A stretch of 63,836 nucleotides of DNA, filler included, from Octopus bimaculoides (taxonomy: Eukaryota): assembly GCF_001194135.2 (NCBI RefSeq). It is 7 parts of 7 records of this genome, joined end to end, with 100 filler letters (N's around TTAATTAATTAA, not from the genome) between each part and the next. Parts side by side here need not be neighbours in the genome. Positions count along the whole stretch, not along the records: positions 50,304 to 53,509 come from NW_026408962.1; positions 53,610 to 60,973 come from NC_069008.1; positions 61,074 to 63,836 come from NW_026437364.1; 4 more parts are not named here. The stretch is one strand, 5' to 3'. A program made the position numbers and the translations under genes. Below, piece after piece: positions 50,781 to 61,921 of this stretch. Every line of letters starts with the position of its first letter. Position 1 is the first letter of the stretch. The notes beneath the pieces were generated by a model, which had not been told where the DNA came from, did not search any database, and worked only from the letters and a program-made list of their open reading frames with translations.

Positions 50781-51157
50781 ACACCTATATAAGACGAACT
50801 ACTAGCGTTCTGCATCAGATTCCCGTTTGGCCGTACGGCTTTTTAATGTTGTTTACACAGTCCAATTTTTCCTGTCTTGGTTTGTGTTTGCCACCTTGGA
50901 TTCCTCTATTTAGTGGGTTGATCCACTACTCAGGAAGAGACTATTCTAGTGTACGCTCTGCCTTATCTTCGAAACGTCGAGTTAGAATAGATGGCAGCTG
51001 ATGAAGGAATAATTCCAAGTGGTTTTCTGTTTTCCTGTGTTCGTTCCGTTGTCTGTAGTTCATTGTTCTTACGTCCTGTACCCTGATATGCATCTATATA
51101 CACATGTAGATGTAAGTATGTACATATATGTGTGTATATATGCATATATATTCTTTG

Positions 51158-51188
<31 letters not shown>

Positions 51189-51880
51189 CGACAGGCTTCT
51201 TTCAGTTTCCGTCTACCAAATCCACTCACAAGGCTTTGGTCGGCCCGGGGCTATAGTAGAAGACACTTGCCCAACGTGCCACGCAGTGGGACTGAACCCA
51301 GAACCATGTGGTTGGCAAGCAAGCTACTTACCACACAGCCAAAACTTCAAATCTAGCTTTTCAACAACAACAACAAAAAAAACACAAATTACACCTGTCT
51401 CGCAAAGCCGTAATTACTATGCGCTTAATTACAATTCTTACCTGATTTACCTGATGCCCGCCCGCCTGCTCCCCCACGCTAGCACGAGTCCTACGTAAGG
51501 TTAACGGAATAAAGGGCGCACCGAGTGACCTTTCTATTACGGGTGGATCCGCCCCTGAAACCAAGGCTATATCTAAAAAAGCATTTTAGCTTCCAGCAGT
51601 CAATAACCCTTAAGGGTCTTTCGCCCTTTTGTTCCCCCCTTAAAAATCAAACAAAAGGGTAATAGCGTGACCCTTATAACAATGGGTAACAGATATTTAA
51701 AATCAGAGGGATTGGATGGGCAGGTCCATCCCATAATGATGTTGTTGTTGTTGTTGTTAGTGGTGGTCGTACTGGTGTTGCTATGACCGAGATATTTTCG
51801 ATGGGGTTTGCCACGTAGTAGCAACTGGCGGTGTTTGCACCGGGGGGGGGGGCACAGAGCCTAGCGAATCGGTCAAACAC

Positions 51881-51928
<48 letters not shown>

Positions 51929-53467
51929 GTCTGTGTCTATCTATCTGTCTGTCTATCTATCTATCTCTCTGTCTCTCTATCTAGTTTCCGTCTACCAAAT
52001 CTACTCACAAGGCTTTGGTCGGCCCGAGGCTNNNNNNNNNNNNNNNNNNNNNNNNNNNNNNNNNNNNNNNNNNNNNNNNNNNNNNNNNNNNNNNNNNNNN
52101 NNNNNNNNNNNNNNNNNNNNNNNNNNNNNNNNNNNNNNNNNNNNNNNNNNNNNNNNNNNNNNNNNNNNNNNNNNNNNNNNNNNNNNNNNNNNNNNNNNNN
52201 NNNNNNNNNNNNNNNNNNNNNNNNNNNNNNNNNNNNNNNNNNNNNNNNNNNNNNNNNNNNNNNNNNNNNNNNNNNNNNNNNNNNNNNNNNNNNNNNNNNN
52301 NNNNNNNNNNNNNNNNNNNNNNNNNNNNNNNNNNNNNNNNNNNNNNNNNNNNNNNNNNNNNNNNNNNNNNNNNNNNNNNNNNNNNNNNNNNNNNNNNNNN
52401 NNNNNNNNNNNNNNNNNNNNNNNNNNNNNNNNNNNNNNNNNNNNNNNNNNNNNNNNNNNNNNNNNNNNNNNNNNNNNNNNNNNNNNNNNNNNNNNNNNNN
52501 NNNNNNNNNNNNNNNNNNNNNNNNNNNNNNNNNNNNNNNNNNNNNNNNNNNNNNNNNNNNNNNNNNNNNNNNNNNNNNNNNNNNNNNNNNNNNNNNNNNN
52601 NNNNNNNNNNNNNNNNNNNNNNNNNNNNNNNNNNNNNNNNNNNNNNNNNNNNNNNNNNNNNNNNNNNNNNNNNNNNNNNNNNNNNNNNNNNNNNNNNNNN
52701 NNNNATATATATGTATGTATGTATGTAGATAGATAGATAGATAGGTAAATATGCAAATATATATATATATACACACACACATATACATATACTATGGGCT
52801 TCTTTCAGTTTCCGTCTACCAAATCCACTCACAAGGCTTTGGTCGGCCCCGAGGCTATAGTAGAAGACACTTGCCCAAGGTGCCACGCAGTGGGACTGAA
52901 CCTAGAACCATGTGGTTGGTAAGCAAGCTACTTAACACACAGCCACTCCTGCGCCTATAAATATATATACGATGGGCTTCTTTCAGTTTCTGTCTACCGA
53001 ATCCACTCACAAGGCTTTGGTCGGCCCGAGGCTATAGTAGAAGACACTTGTTCCGTTCATCGGGTCACCTAGAACCTGGCACCCTCGTCGTCGTACACCG
53101 ACGTAGTACCACAATATATAATAACTCACACACACAGACACCTCCTTCACCACAATCCGTACTCTCGCCACCACCACCAAGAACAAGAGCACTTATCCCT
53201 CTAACACCACTTCATACAATGCCGCGCTCCTCTCTATATCTCTTTCAACCTTTGTCTTATACAGAGAAATCCAATTTCCTTGTCAACACGCGGACCCTGA
53301 TAAGATCTTTCGTTCTCAGAAACCCTTAGACACCGGAAGCATTAATATTCCATTAGCAAGTACGAGCTACGGGGGTACGTACCGGACTAAAAGCAGGGGA
53401 ACCTAGCATGATATCCGGTGTTGAGACTAAATAACGAAATATTAATTCAACAAAATATAGTGTTCTG

Positions 53468-53509
53468 TAGGGGTCATCCCTTAAATAATGCGAGGTTTTT
53501 TTATGGTTG
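53468..53509 (+). mobile_element. Possible mariner terminal inverted repeat beside a gap
   Basis: TAGGGGTCATCCCTTAAATAATGCGAGGTTTT resembles mariner-type TIRs from memory; no partner end is visible. Confidence 0.35.
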
Positions 53510-53616
53510 NNNNNNNNNNNNNNNNNNNNNNNNNNNNNNNNNNNNNNNNNNNNTTAATTAATTAANNNNNNNNNNNNNNNNNNNNNNNNNNNNNNNNNNN
53601 NNNNNNNNNAACATAA

Positions 53617-53647
<31 letters not shown>

Positions 53648-53875
53648 GTTAATATAGAAAGGATTGAGGTAACTCCTCCTGAAGATATAGAGTCAAAATT
53701 AAAAGAAGAGTGCCATTTATCTTGGGAACAATATTTCGACATCTCGCGTGTCTCCACTGGTTCGAAAAATAAATTTGTCAATCTAATTCATTTTGGTTAA
53801 TATAAAAAGGATTGAGGTAACTCCTCCGATATAGTCCCCTCTGTGTAAAGCCCTGTGTGGCTAATAAAAGAAATG

Positions 53876-53922
<47 letters not shown>

Positions 53923-53949
53923 TCATATGCATGTATGTATGTATGTATG

Positions 53950-54151
53950 TATGTATGTGAGAGGGTTTGCAAATCCAATGGAGGTCTTAAAAGACATGTA
54001 AGGATCCATAATGAGCAGAACTCACTTGCAGGTATTGGTAGTGCAAATCAGAGGTGCAATCTGTGTGGGTGTTTTTTGAAAACACTGTCTGGTTTAAAAA
54101 GCCACATCAGACGCCATGAAAGGGCTAAGGTGTAGGTGCAGGAGGTGATCG
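53950..54151 (+). mobile_element. Probable RTE LINE extreme C-terminus with two C2H2-like fingers
   Basis: CERVCKSNGGLKRHVRIH...CNLCGCFLKTLSGLKSHIRRH*. It begins right after a microsatellite with no acceptor or start; RTE ORF2s often end in such fingers. Confidence 0.55.
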
Positions 54152-54884
54152 NNNNNNNNNNNNNNNNNNNNNNNNNNNNNNNNNNNNNNNNNNNNNNNNN
54201 NNNNNNNNNNNNNNNNNNNNNNNNNNNNNNNNNNNNNNNNNNNNNNNNNNNNNNNNNNNNNNNNNNNNNNNNNNNNNNNNNNNNNNNNNNNNNNNNNNNN
54301 NNNNNNNNNNNNNNNNNNNNNNNNNNNNNNNNNNNNNNNNNNNNNNNNNNNNNNNNNNNNNNNNNNNNNNNNNNNNNNNNNNNNNNNNNNNNNNNNNNNN
54401 NNNNNNNNNNNNNNNNNNNNNNNNNNNNNNNNNNNNNNNNNNNNNNNNNNNNNNNNNNNNNNNNNNNNNNNNNNNNNNNNNNNNNNNNNNNNNNNNNNNN
54501 NNNNNNNNNNNNNNNNNNNNNNNNNNNNNNNNNNNNNNNNNNNNNNNNNNNNNNNNNNNNNNNNNNNNNNNNNNNNNNNNNNNNNNNNNNNNNNNNNNNN
54601 NNNNNNNNNNNNNNNNNNNNNNNNNNNNNNNNNNNNNNNNNNNNNNNNNNNNNNNNNNNNNNNNNNNNNNNNNNNNNNNNNNNNNNNNNNNNNNNNNNNN
54701 NNNNNNNNNNNNNNNNNNNNNNNNNNNNNNNNNNNNNNNNNNNNNNNNNNNNNNNNNNNNNNNNNNNNNNNNNNNNNNNNNNNNNNNNNNNNNNNNNNNN
54801 NNNNNNNNNNNNNNNNNNNNNNNNNNNNNNNNNNNNNNNNNNNNNNNNNNNNNNACATATATATACACATATAATATATGTATA

Positions 54885-54943
<59 letters not shown>

Positions 54944-55069
54944 ATATGTATATGTATATATGTACATACATATATGTATATATATATACAGGTATATGTA
55001 TATATATTTGCGTGTGTGCATGCGTACATGTAGATGTATATGTATGTATGTCTGCATCAGTGCATATAA

Positions 55070-55120
<51 letters not shown>

Positions 55121-55380
55121 AACATATATATTTATAAATACATATATATATATACATATACATATATATACATATAAATGTATATAAATACATATACATA
55201 TATATATATACACACACACACATATATATACATATATTTACATATATATATACATACATATATATATATTTATACATACATACATATATACACATACACG
55301 TACGTAGAGATCCGTGTGCCTATGTGTATATGTGCGTACGTATTTGTGTGTGTGTGTACAAGCATATGTATACGTACGAC

Positions 55381-55418
<38 letters not shown>

Positions 55419-56374
55419 CGTGCGTGTGTGTATGCATGCGTTCATGTATACGACACTACGAAGCTGCTCATTCAAAAATGTTGAGCAAGGTGAAAGGTCA
55501 GCGTGAAAGGTCTGCGAAGCGTGTACGCTGTTGAACACCTGCACAGCATGGCGGTGAGTCGATTACATTAGTGATACTGTTAGGTACACGCCCGACTGAT
55601 TATACCCGGATATATACACGTATCATTGCCCTGTACGGGTATCGCATCTCGTCTGGGTACGCCTGTGTACACGTACGTATGTATGTACTCATTTCTTGTT
55701 CATGTATGTATGTGTGTGTGTGTATATATATATATATATGTAAGTGCATATATATACATTCATATACATTTACATATATATATATTCATATATATGTATG
55801 TGTATATATATATATATATATATATANNNNNNNNNNNNNNNNNNNNNNNNNNNNNNNNNNNNNNNNNNNNNNNNNNNNNNNNNNNNNNNNNNNNNNNNNN
55901 NNNNNNNNNNNNNNNNNNNNNNNNNNNNNNNNNNNNNNNNNNNNNNNNNNNNNNNNNNNNNNNNNNNNNNNNNNNNNNNNNNNNNNNNNNNNNNNNNNNN
56001 NNNNNNNNNNNNNNNNNNNNNNNNNNNNNNNNNNNNNNNNNNNNNNNNNNNNNNNNNNNNNNNNNNNNNNNNNNNNNNNNNNNNNNNNNNNNNNNNNNNN
56101 NNNNNNNNNNNNNNNNNNNNNNNNNNNNNNNNNNNNNNNNNNNNNNNNNNNNNNNNNNNNNNNNNNNNNNNNNNNNNNNNNNNNNNNNNNNNNNNNNNNN
56201 NNNNNNNNNNNNNNNNNNNNNNNNNNNNNNNNNNNNNNNNNNNNNNNNNNNNNNNNNNNNNNNNNNNNNNNNNNNNNNNNNNNNNNNNNNNNNNATATTA
56301 TATATTCATATACATTTATATATATATATGCATGCATATAAATTTAAATGTATATATACATATACATATGTATG

Positions 56375-56429
<55 letters not shown>

Positions 56430-56621
56430 ATATATATGTGTGTGTGTGTGTGTATATGTATATATATATATAAACACATACATATGTGAGTACATTTATA
56501 CATACTTACCTGTGTATGTATGTATGTATCTATCAATATATATATATATATATATATACATATATACGTGCATATATATACACACATATATATATATACA
56601 TAAAGATATATATACTTACAC

Positions 56622-56707
<86 letters not shown>

Positions 56708-57012
56708 ATATTTATATATACGTATGTATGTGTGTATGTATATATGTTTGTTTATAAGGCCATGTATGTTTTTGCGTGTACTCTTCTCGTCTGGGCGTTC
56801 ATGCAGGGTTGGTATTTAGAAATGTTTTAATCTAAATTTGTGGGAAACCTTACCTATTGTTGGCTTGTTACTAATGGAGACATTTCAATTATAAAATATT
56901 TCATTTATCAACCTCCATTTGTCGATTCACATTACAGCTATTGAAGTAGAAGGCTCACCTCACGCATTGTGCATAACGTAAGTTCTTTCCTTCTCAAGTC
57001 ATCCCGAGAAGG

Positions 57013-57665
57013 GGATCTTGTTCAAAACGGGGCACCAGTATTTTCTTAACGAAACACTTTGAAACTTGGGACACTGGTAGAATGTGTCATATAAAACATA
57101 TTTTACTCTTAGTCTTCTTAACAAAAAAACGTACATCGCAAGTTATTCCATGTTAAAGTTGTCGTATTTCTGTAATTTCAACCAATCACTGACGTCTATT
57201 CAGCTGAATAGAGTTACTGCTGGCCGGTCATAAAAATGTTATTCCCTGTGACACATTTCATCCGGTTTAATCGTAATTTATACGCATATATTGTTTATAT
57301 AATAAATTACGCTGTGCGTATCTATGTATGTAACAATTTTAGAGTTCGGATTCTAGAGTTAGGGTTAGTTTTAGGGTTAGGGTTAGGATTAGGGTTAGGG
57401 TTAGGGTTGAAATGTCAGAACTAACGGGGATTAATACGATATACAGCGTTACAGCGCTAACTGTTTTCAACTGAATAGACGTCAGTGATTAGTAGAAATT
57501 ATCGAAATAAGACAATTTTTTACATGAAATTAATTCGAATACAAATATTTTTTTCTGTTCTATAACACAAAATAGATAAGTATACGAAGTTTGAAAGTCT
57601 TTCCGTACCAAAAACACTACGTAAAACATTAATGAAAACTGGTGCCCCCGTTTTGAACAAGATCC
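57013..57665. mobile_element. Non-autonomous foldback DNA transposon (Mutator-like) with central (TTAGGG)n
   Basis: TIR GGATCTTGTTCAAAACGGGG(G)CACCAGT at both ends; imperfect inverted arms of about 200 bp; direct repeat (C)CGAGAAGG(G) at 57004-57013 and 57665-57674. Confidence 0.85.
57359..57406 (+). repeat. Interstitial telomere-type repeat (TTAGGG)x8, 6 perfect units
   Basis: ttaggg ttagtt ttaggg ttaggg ttagga ttaggg ttaggg ttaggg. Confidence 0.9.
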
Positions 57666-57674
57666 CGAGAAGGG

Positions 57675-57900
57675 TCTGATAAGGGCCGGTCTCTCAGTTT
57701 CCCCTGGCGTAAATATTCCCCACCTGAATAGGGCAGCGGTCGGTTCCATGATTACTCATATTTTACCAGCTGAGTGGACTGGGCCAAAACGAAATGATGC
57801 GTTTTACTTAAGAAAACAATGCATTGCTCAGTCCACGAATTGAAACCACAATCTTTCGATTATCCGGTTAACACCCTAACCATTAAACCATGTGCATCCA
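57675..57900 (-). mobile_element. Diverged SINE family B copy
   Basis: Reverse complement has ATGGTTTAATGGTTAGGGTG, GGTTTCAATTC, CCAGTCCACTCAGCTGGTAAAA. Confidence 0.7.
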
Positions 57901-57928
57901 CCCTGTCATGCATATATCATTAAATATA

Positions 57929-57960
<32 letters not shown>

Positions 57961-57967
57961 CTAGTTC

Positions 57968-57984
57968 AATTACTACTAGCACTA

Positions 57985-58030
<46 letters not shown>

Positions 58031-58031
58031 C

Positions 58032-58077
<46 letters not shown>

Positions 58078-58081
58078 TTAC

Positions 58082-58147
<66 letters not shown>

Positions 58148-58158
58148 CACTACTACTA

Positions 58159-58203
<45 letters not shown>
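57968..58203. repeat. (CTA)n/(CCA)n microsatellite
   Basis: Directly visible; runs into a gap. Confidence 0.95.
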
Positions 58204-59039
58204 NNNNNNNNNNNNNNNNNNNNNNNNNNNNNNNNNNNNNNNNNNNNNNNNNNNNNNNNNNNNNNNNNNNNNNNNNNNNNNNNNNNNNNNNNNNNNNNNN
58301 NNNNNNNNNNNNNNNNNNNNNNNNNNNNNNNNNNNNNNNNNNNNNNNNNNNNNNNNNNNNNNNNNNNNNNNNNNNNNNNNNNNNNNNNNNNNNNNNNNNN
58401 NNNNNNNNNNNNNNNNNNNNNNNNNNNNNNNNNNNNNNNNNNNNNNNNNNNNNNNNNNNNNNNNNNNNNNNNNNNNNNNNNNNNNNNNNNNNNNNNNNNN
58501 NNNNNNNNNNNNNNNNNNNNNNNNNNNNNNNNNNNNNNNNNNNNNNNNNNNNNNNNNNNNNNNNNNNNNNNNNNNNNNNNNNNNNNNNNNNNNNNNNNNN
58601 NNNNNNNNNNNNNNNNNNNNNNNNNNNNNNNNNNNNNNNNNNNNNNNNNNNNNNNNNNNNNNNNNNNNNNNNNNNNNNNNNNNNNNNNNNNNNNNNNNNN
58701 NNNNNNNNNNNNNNNNNNNNNNNNNNNNNNNNNNNNNNNNNNNNNNNNNNNNNNNNNNNNNNNNNNNNNNNNNNNNNNNNNNNNNNNNNNNNNNNNNNNN
58801 NNNNNNNNNNNNNNNNNNNNNNNNNNNNNNNNNNNNNNNNNNNNNNNNNNNNNNNNNNNNNNNNNNNNNNNNNNNNNNNNNNNNNNNNNNNNNNNNNNNN
58901 NNNNNNNNNNNNNNNNNNNNNNNNNNNNNNNNNNGTTACCCAGCAATCACTTTGATATCTGACGTGTGGTACACGATGCACTTGTACAGGTAGCAATGTC
59001 GATTTGGTGATGGGTGTCAGGTAATACTCCCTTTTCTCT

Positions 59040-59460
59040 TTACTCTTTTACTTGTTTCAGTCATTTGACTGCGGCCATGCTGGAGCACCGCCTTTTAGTC
59101 GAGCAAGTCGACCCCGGGACTTATTCCTTGTAAGCCTAGTACCTATTCTATCGGTTTCTTTTTGCCGAACCGCTAAGTGACGGGGACATAAACACACCAG
59201 CATCGGTTGTCAAGCAATGCTAAGGGGACAAACACAGACACACACACACAAACACACGCACACACACAAACACACACACACACACATATATATATACATA
59301 TATACGACGGGCTTCTTTCAGTTTCCGTCTACCAAATCCACTCACAAGGCTCTGGTCGGTCGGAGGCTATAGTAGAAGACATTTGCCCAAGATGCCACAC
59401 AGTGGGAATGAACCCGGAACCATGTGGTCGGTAAGCAAGGTACTTACCACACAGCCACTC
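59040..59460 (-). mobile_element. SINE family A, full length
   Basis: Same structure as 868-1219, with a central (CA)n tract. Confidence 0.85.
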
Positions 59461-59834
59461 CTGAACAGCATGAACAGTCGATCTCTATGGAAACAAATTA
59501 TCTGTGCAGGTTTTTAGAACCGTCTTTCATGGACTTGAGAGAGGCAATCAACAACAACCTGTATATGTGTGTATATGTGTGCGTATGTATGTATGTATGT
59601 AAAATATATATATGAGGACATTATTGTTTGTAATATCACTGGCTTAGCATGCGTAAAAAACCCCATAAAGATTTTAAAAATGATTAATCAGTACCGGCAT
59701 GCTAAATATAGCAGTCAAAATGACCGAATGACAAATTTTCACTTAGATACAAAAGTAAAAACGGACATATGAATAAAAATCCTAAAACCCCGTACCAATG
59801 ACGAAAATAATCGAAAATTGAAAAAGCCAGACAT

Positions 59835-59892
59835 GTCCGTATCCCAGTGATTTCGAACTTTGAGATACACCTTGAGTTCATCTTCAGCGAGT
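59835..59892 (-). ncRNA. Type I hammerhead ribozyme motif
   Basis: actcg-CTGAAGA-T-GAACT(15 nt)AGTTC-GAAA-TC-ACTGG-GA-TA^CGG. 5-bp stem II, 3-bp stem III (ATC/GAT), AUA cleavage triplet, weak stem I. Confidence 0.6.
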
Positions 59893-60362
59893 CTTACCGA
59901 CCTCAGGTTTATAGAGATTATTCATCTCAACCAATGTGTACCATGACCGTTTTTAATGCCGCAGCAAATTTTAAAAAAGGTGATCGAAGTGAATAAAAAC
60001 GATTTAAACACGTATGAAGATATTATTGATTATAATAATGTCACTGGCTTAGCATCCGTACACTTAGTTAATTTCCCTAAAAATTTCTTATTTATTTTTG
60101 CAACGGGTTTGTGTTTTTCTGTTGTTAACGGCTTTTTTTCTTGGTTGCTTCGATACTGGCTCTTTGGTTCACTAAATGACAAATTTCGCTTCAAACCAAA
60201 CAATTCTTTATTTTTCCGTAGAAATTGATTTACTTTTTGCCCGTCGTATTAAGAAATACAATTTCCGTTACCCAGTTATTTTCATTGCTTAATATCTTCT
60301 GCACCTGTGTGCATACATACAGATCGCTGGCCACTATACATTCTTTATTTTTTCTCCTTGTT

Positions 60363-60400
60363 TCTTTCTGTGGAAGAGCGTAGGCTCGAAACGTTAAAGA
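60363..60400 (+). ncRNA. Minimal type I hammerhead-like motif with atypical core
   Basis: TCTTT-CTGTGGAA-GAGC-GTAG-GCTC-GAAAC-GTT^AAAGA. Stem I 5 bp, stem II 4 bp with tetraloop, palindromic AACGTT stem III. Confidence 0.6.
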
Positions 60401-60920
60401 CTTTTTCACTTCCTGAGCGTTAAACTAATAGCTTTGTTGTCTACACCACCTGTCTTCGTCTTTTTTATTTTTTGTGAATTCTTCCCCTACATACATATAT
60501 AATGCATACATGTACATACAAATACATACATATATTTACGTACACACACATAGATAGACACATACATACACAAATAAATACACACACACACACATACATA
60601 CATACATACATATACATAGAGATAGACAGACATACGAATACGTGTGTATATGAATGTGTGTTAGGTGAATCTCAACATGTTAATTGATTTAGTAAATTAA
60701 TTCCTAATTTCTTGAAATTATCTCCCCTTCCCGTTCAGAATTGCTAAGAAATGCCGCTAGGTTCTGTTTTTTTCCCCTTCCTCCTGAACTCAGACGGAAA
60801 TTCCAATTAATTAAGAATTATTTGTCGCAGTCATTTAGTACATCACTCTTTAAGCCATCGTCTGAACGAATGCCACTGGCACAAATGAGTTATTTCCCTT
60901 TAATATACATACATACATAT

Positions 60921-60973
<53 letters not shown>

Positions 60974-61709
60974 NNNNNNNNNNNNNNNNNNNNNNNNNNN
61001 NNNNNNNNNNNNNNNNNTTAATTAATTAANNNNNNNNNNNNNNNNNNNNNNNNNNNNNNNNNNNNNNNNNNNNGAATAAGTTTTGGGGTTGATTTGTTCT
61101 ACTAAAGGCGGTGCTCCAGCATGGCCGCAGTCAAATGATTGAAACAAAGTAAACGAATAAAAGAATACACACACAATGTGATCGCTAGAAAAGCGGGAAA
61201 GTGTGAAGGCAAAATTAAACAATGATTGATTAGATCGTCAATAAACTGTGTGATAGGTGGTATCTGATTGGTTGCTTTTGTTATCGAATGATCGCGTCAT
61301 CATAACAAGCATTGACGTCATTTGCTTCGGATTGAACCCCGACATCCTGGAAGAAAGCTGTGAAAGGAAACAGCAATCAGACTTTCAGAGACAAATTACT
61401 GTTCTTTTCAAAAGTGAAAATCCCGATTTGGGGACTGACCAAATGTTTAAATGTGTCACCGAATTTCACCGAGTTACCGACTGTTAATATGATATCTCGC
61501 TTTGTGATGACGCTTATTGTTTGCCTCAAATAGAATCTTGTGAAAATATAAATCAGTATTTCACGAATTCTCTGCTTTTCTAGCGACCACGCTGTATATA
61601 TTGTTAGAGCAGTAACTCGGCTACTAATTTAGAAGGGTGGTCATACATATAGAGGGTAGACTGGATATGGAGAGTGAGATTGAGTGAAATAGAAGCGTAT
61701 CCAATTATA

Positions 61710-61921
61710 CAGGGTGTCCACAAAGTCTGGGTACATGGAGTAAATAAAATCATAACATAAACGATTAAATATAAGAAATAATAATTTATTAAAGTATGTG
61801 TTAATCCCCATGTGGGTACATGGAGTAAATAAAATCATAACATGAACAATTAAATATAAGAAAGAATAATTTCTTAAAGTATGTGTTAATCCCCATGTAC
61901 CCAGAGTTTGTGAACACCCTG
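61710..61921. mobile_element. Tc1/mariner-type MITE with TA TSD and internal 85-bp tandem duplication
   Basis: TA|CAGGGTGTCCACAAAGTCTGGGTACATGG ... CCATGTACCCAGAGTTTGTGAACACCCTG|TA. Confidence 0.9.

Noticed and set aside
52795-53050. Repeat-spacer-like tandem
   Set aside because: Just two adjacent family-A SINE 5' halves; no CRISPR-like array anywhere in the window.
53857-54135. Host C2H2 zinc-finger gene
   Set aside because: No TGEKP linkers, no plausible start or acceptor, and the sequence fits an RTE ORF2 terminus better.
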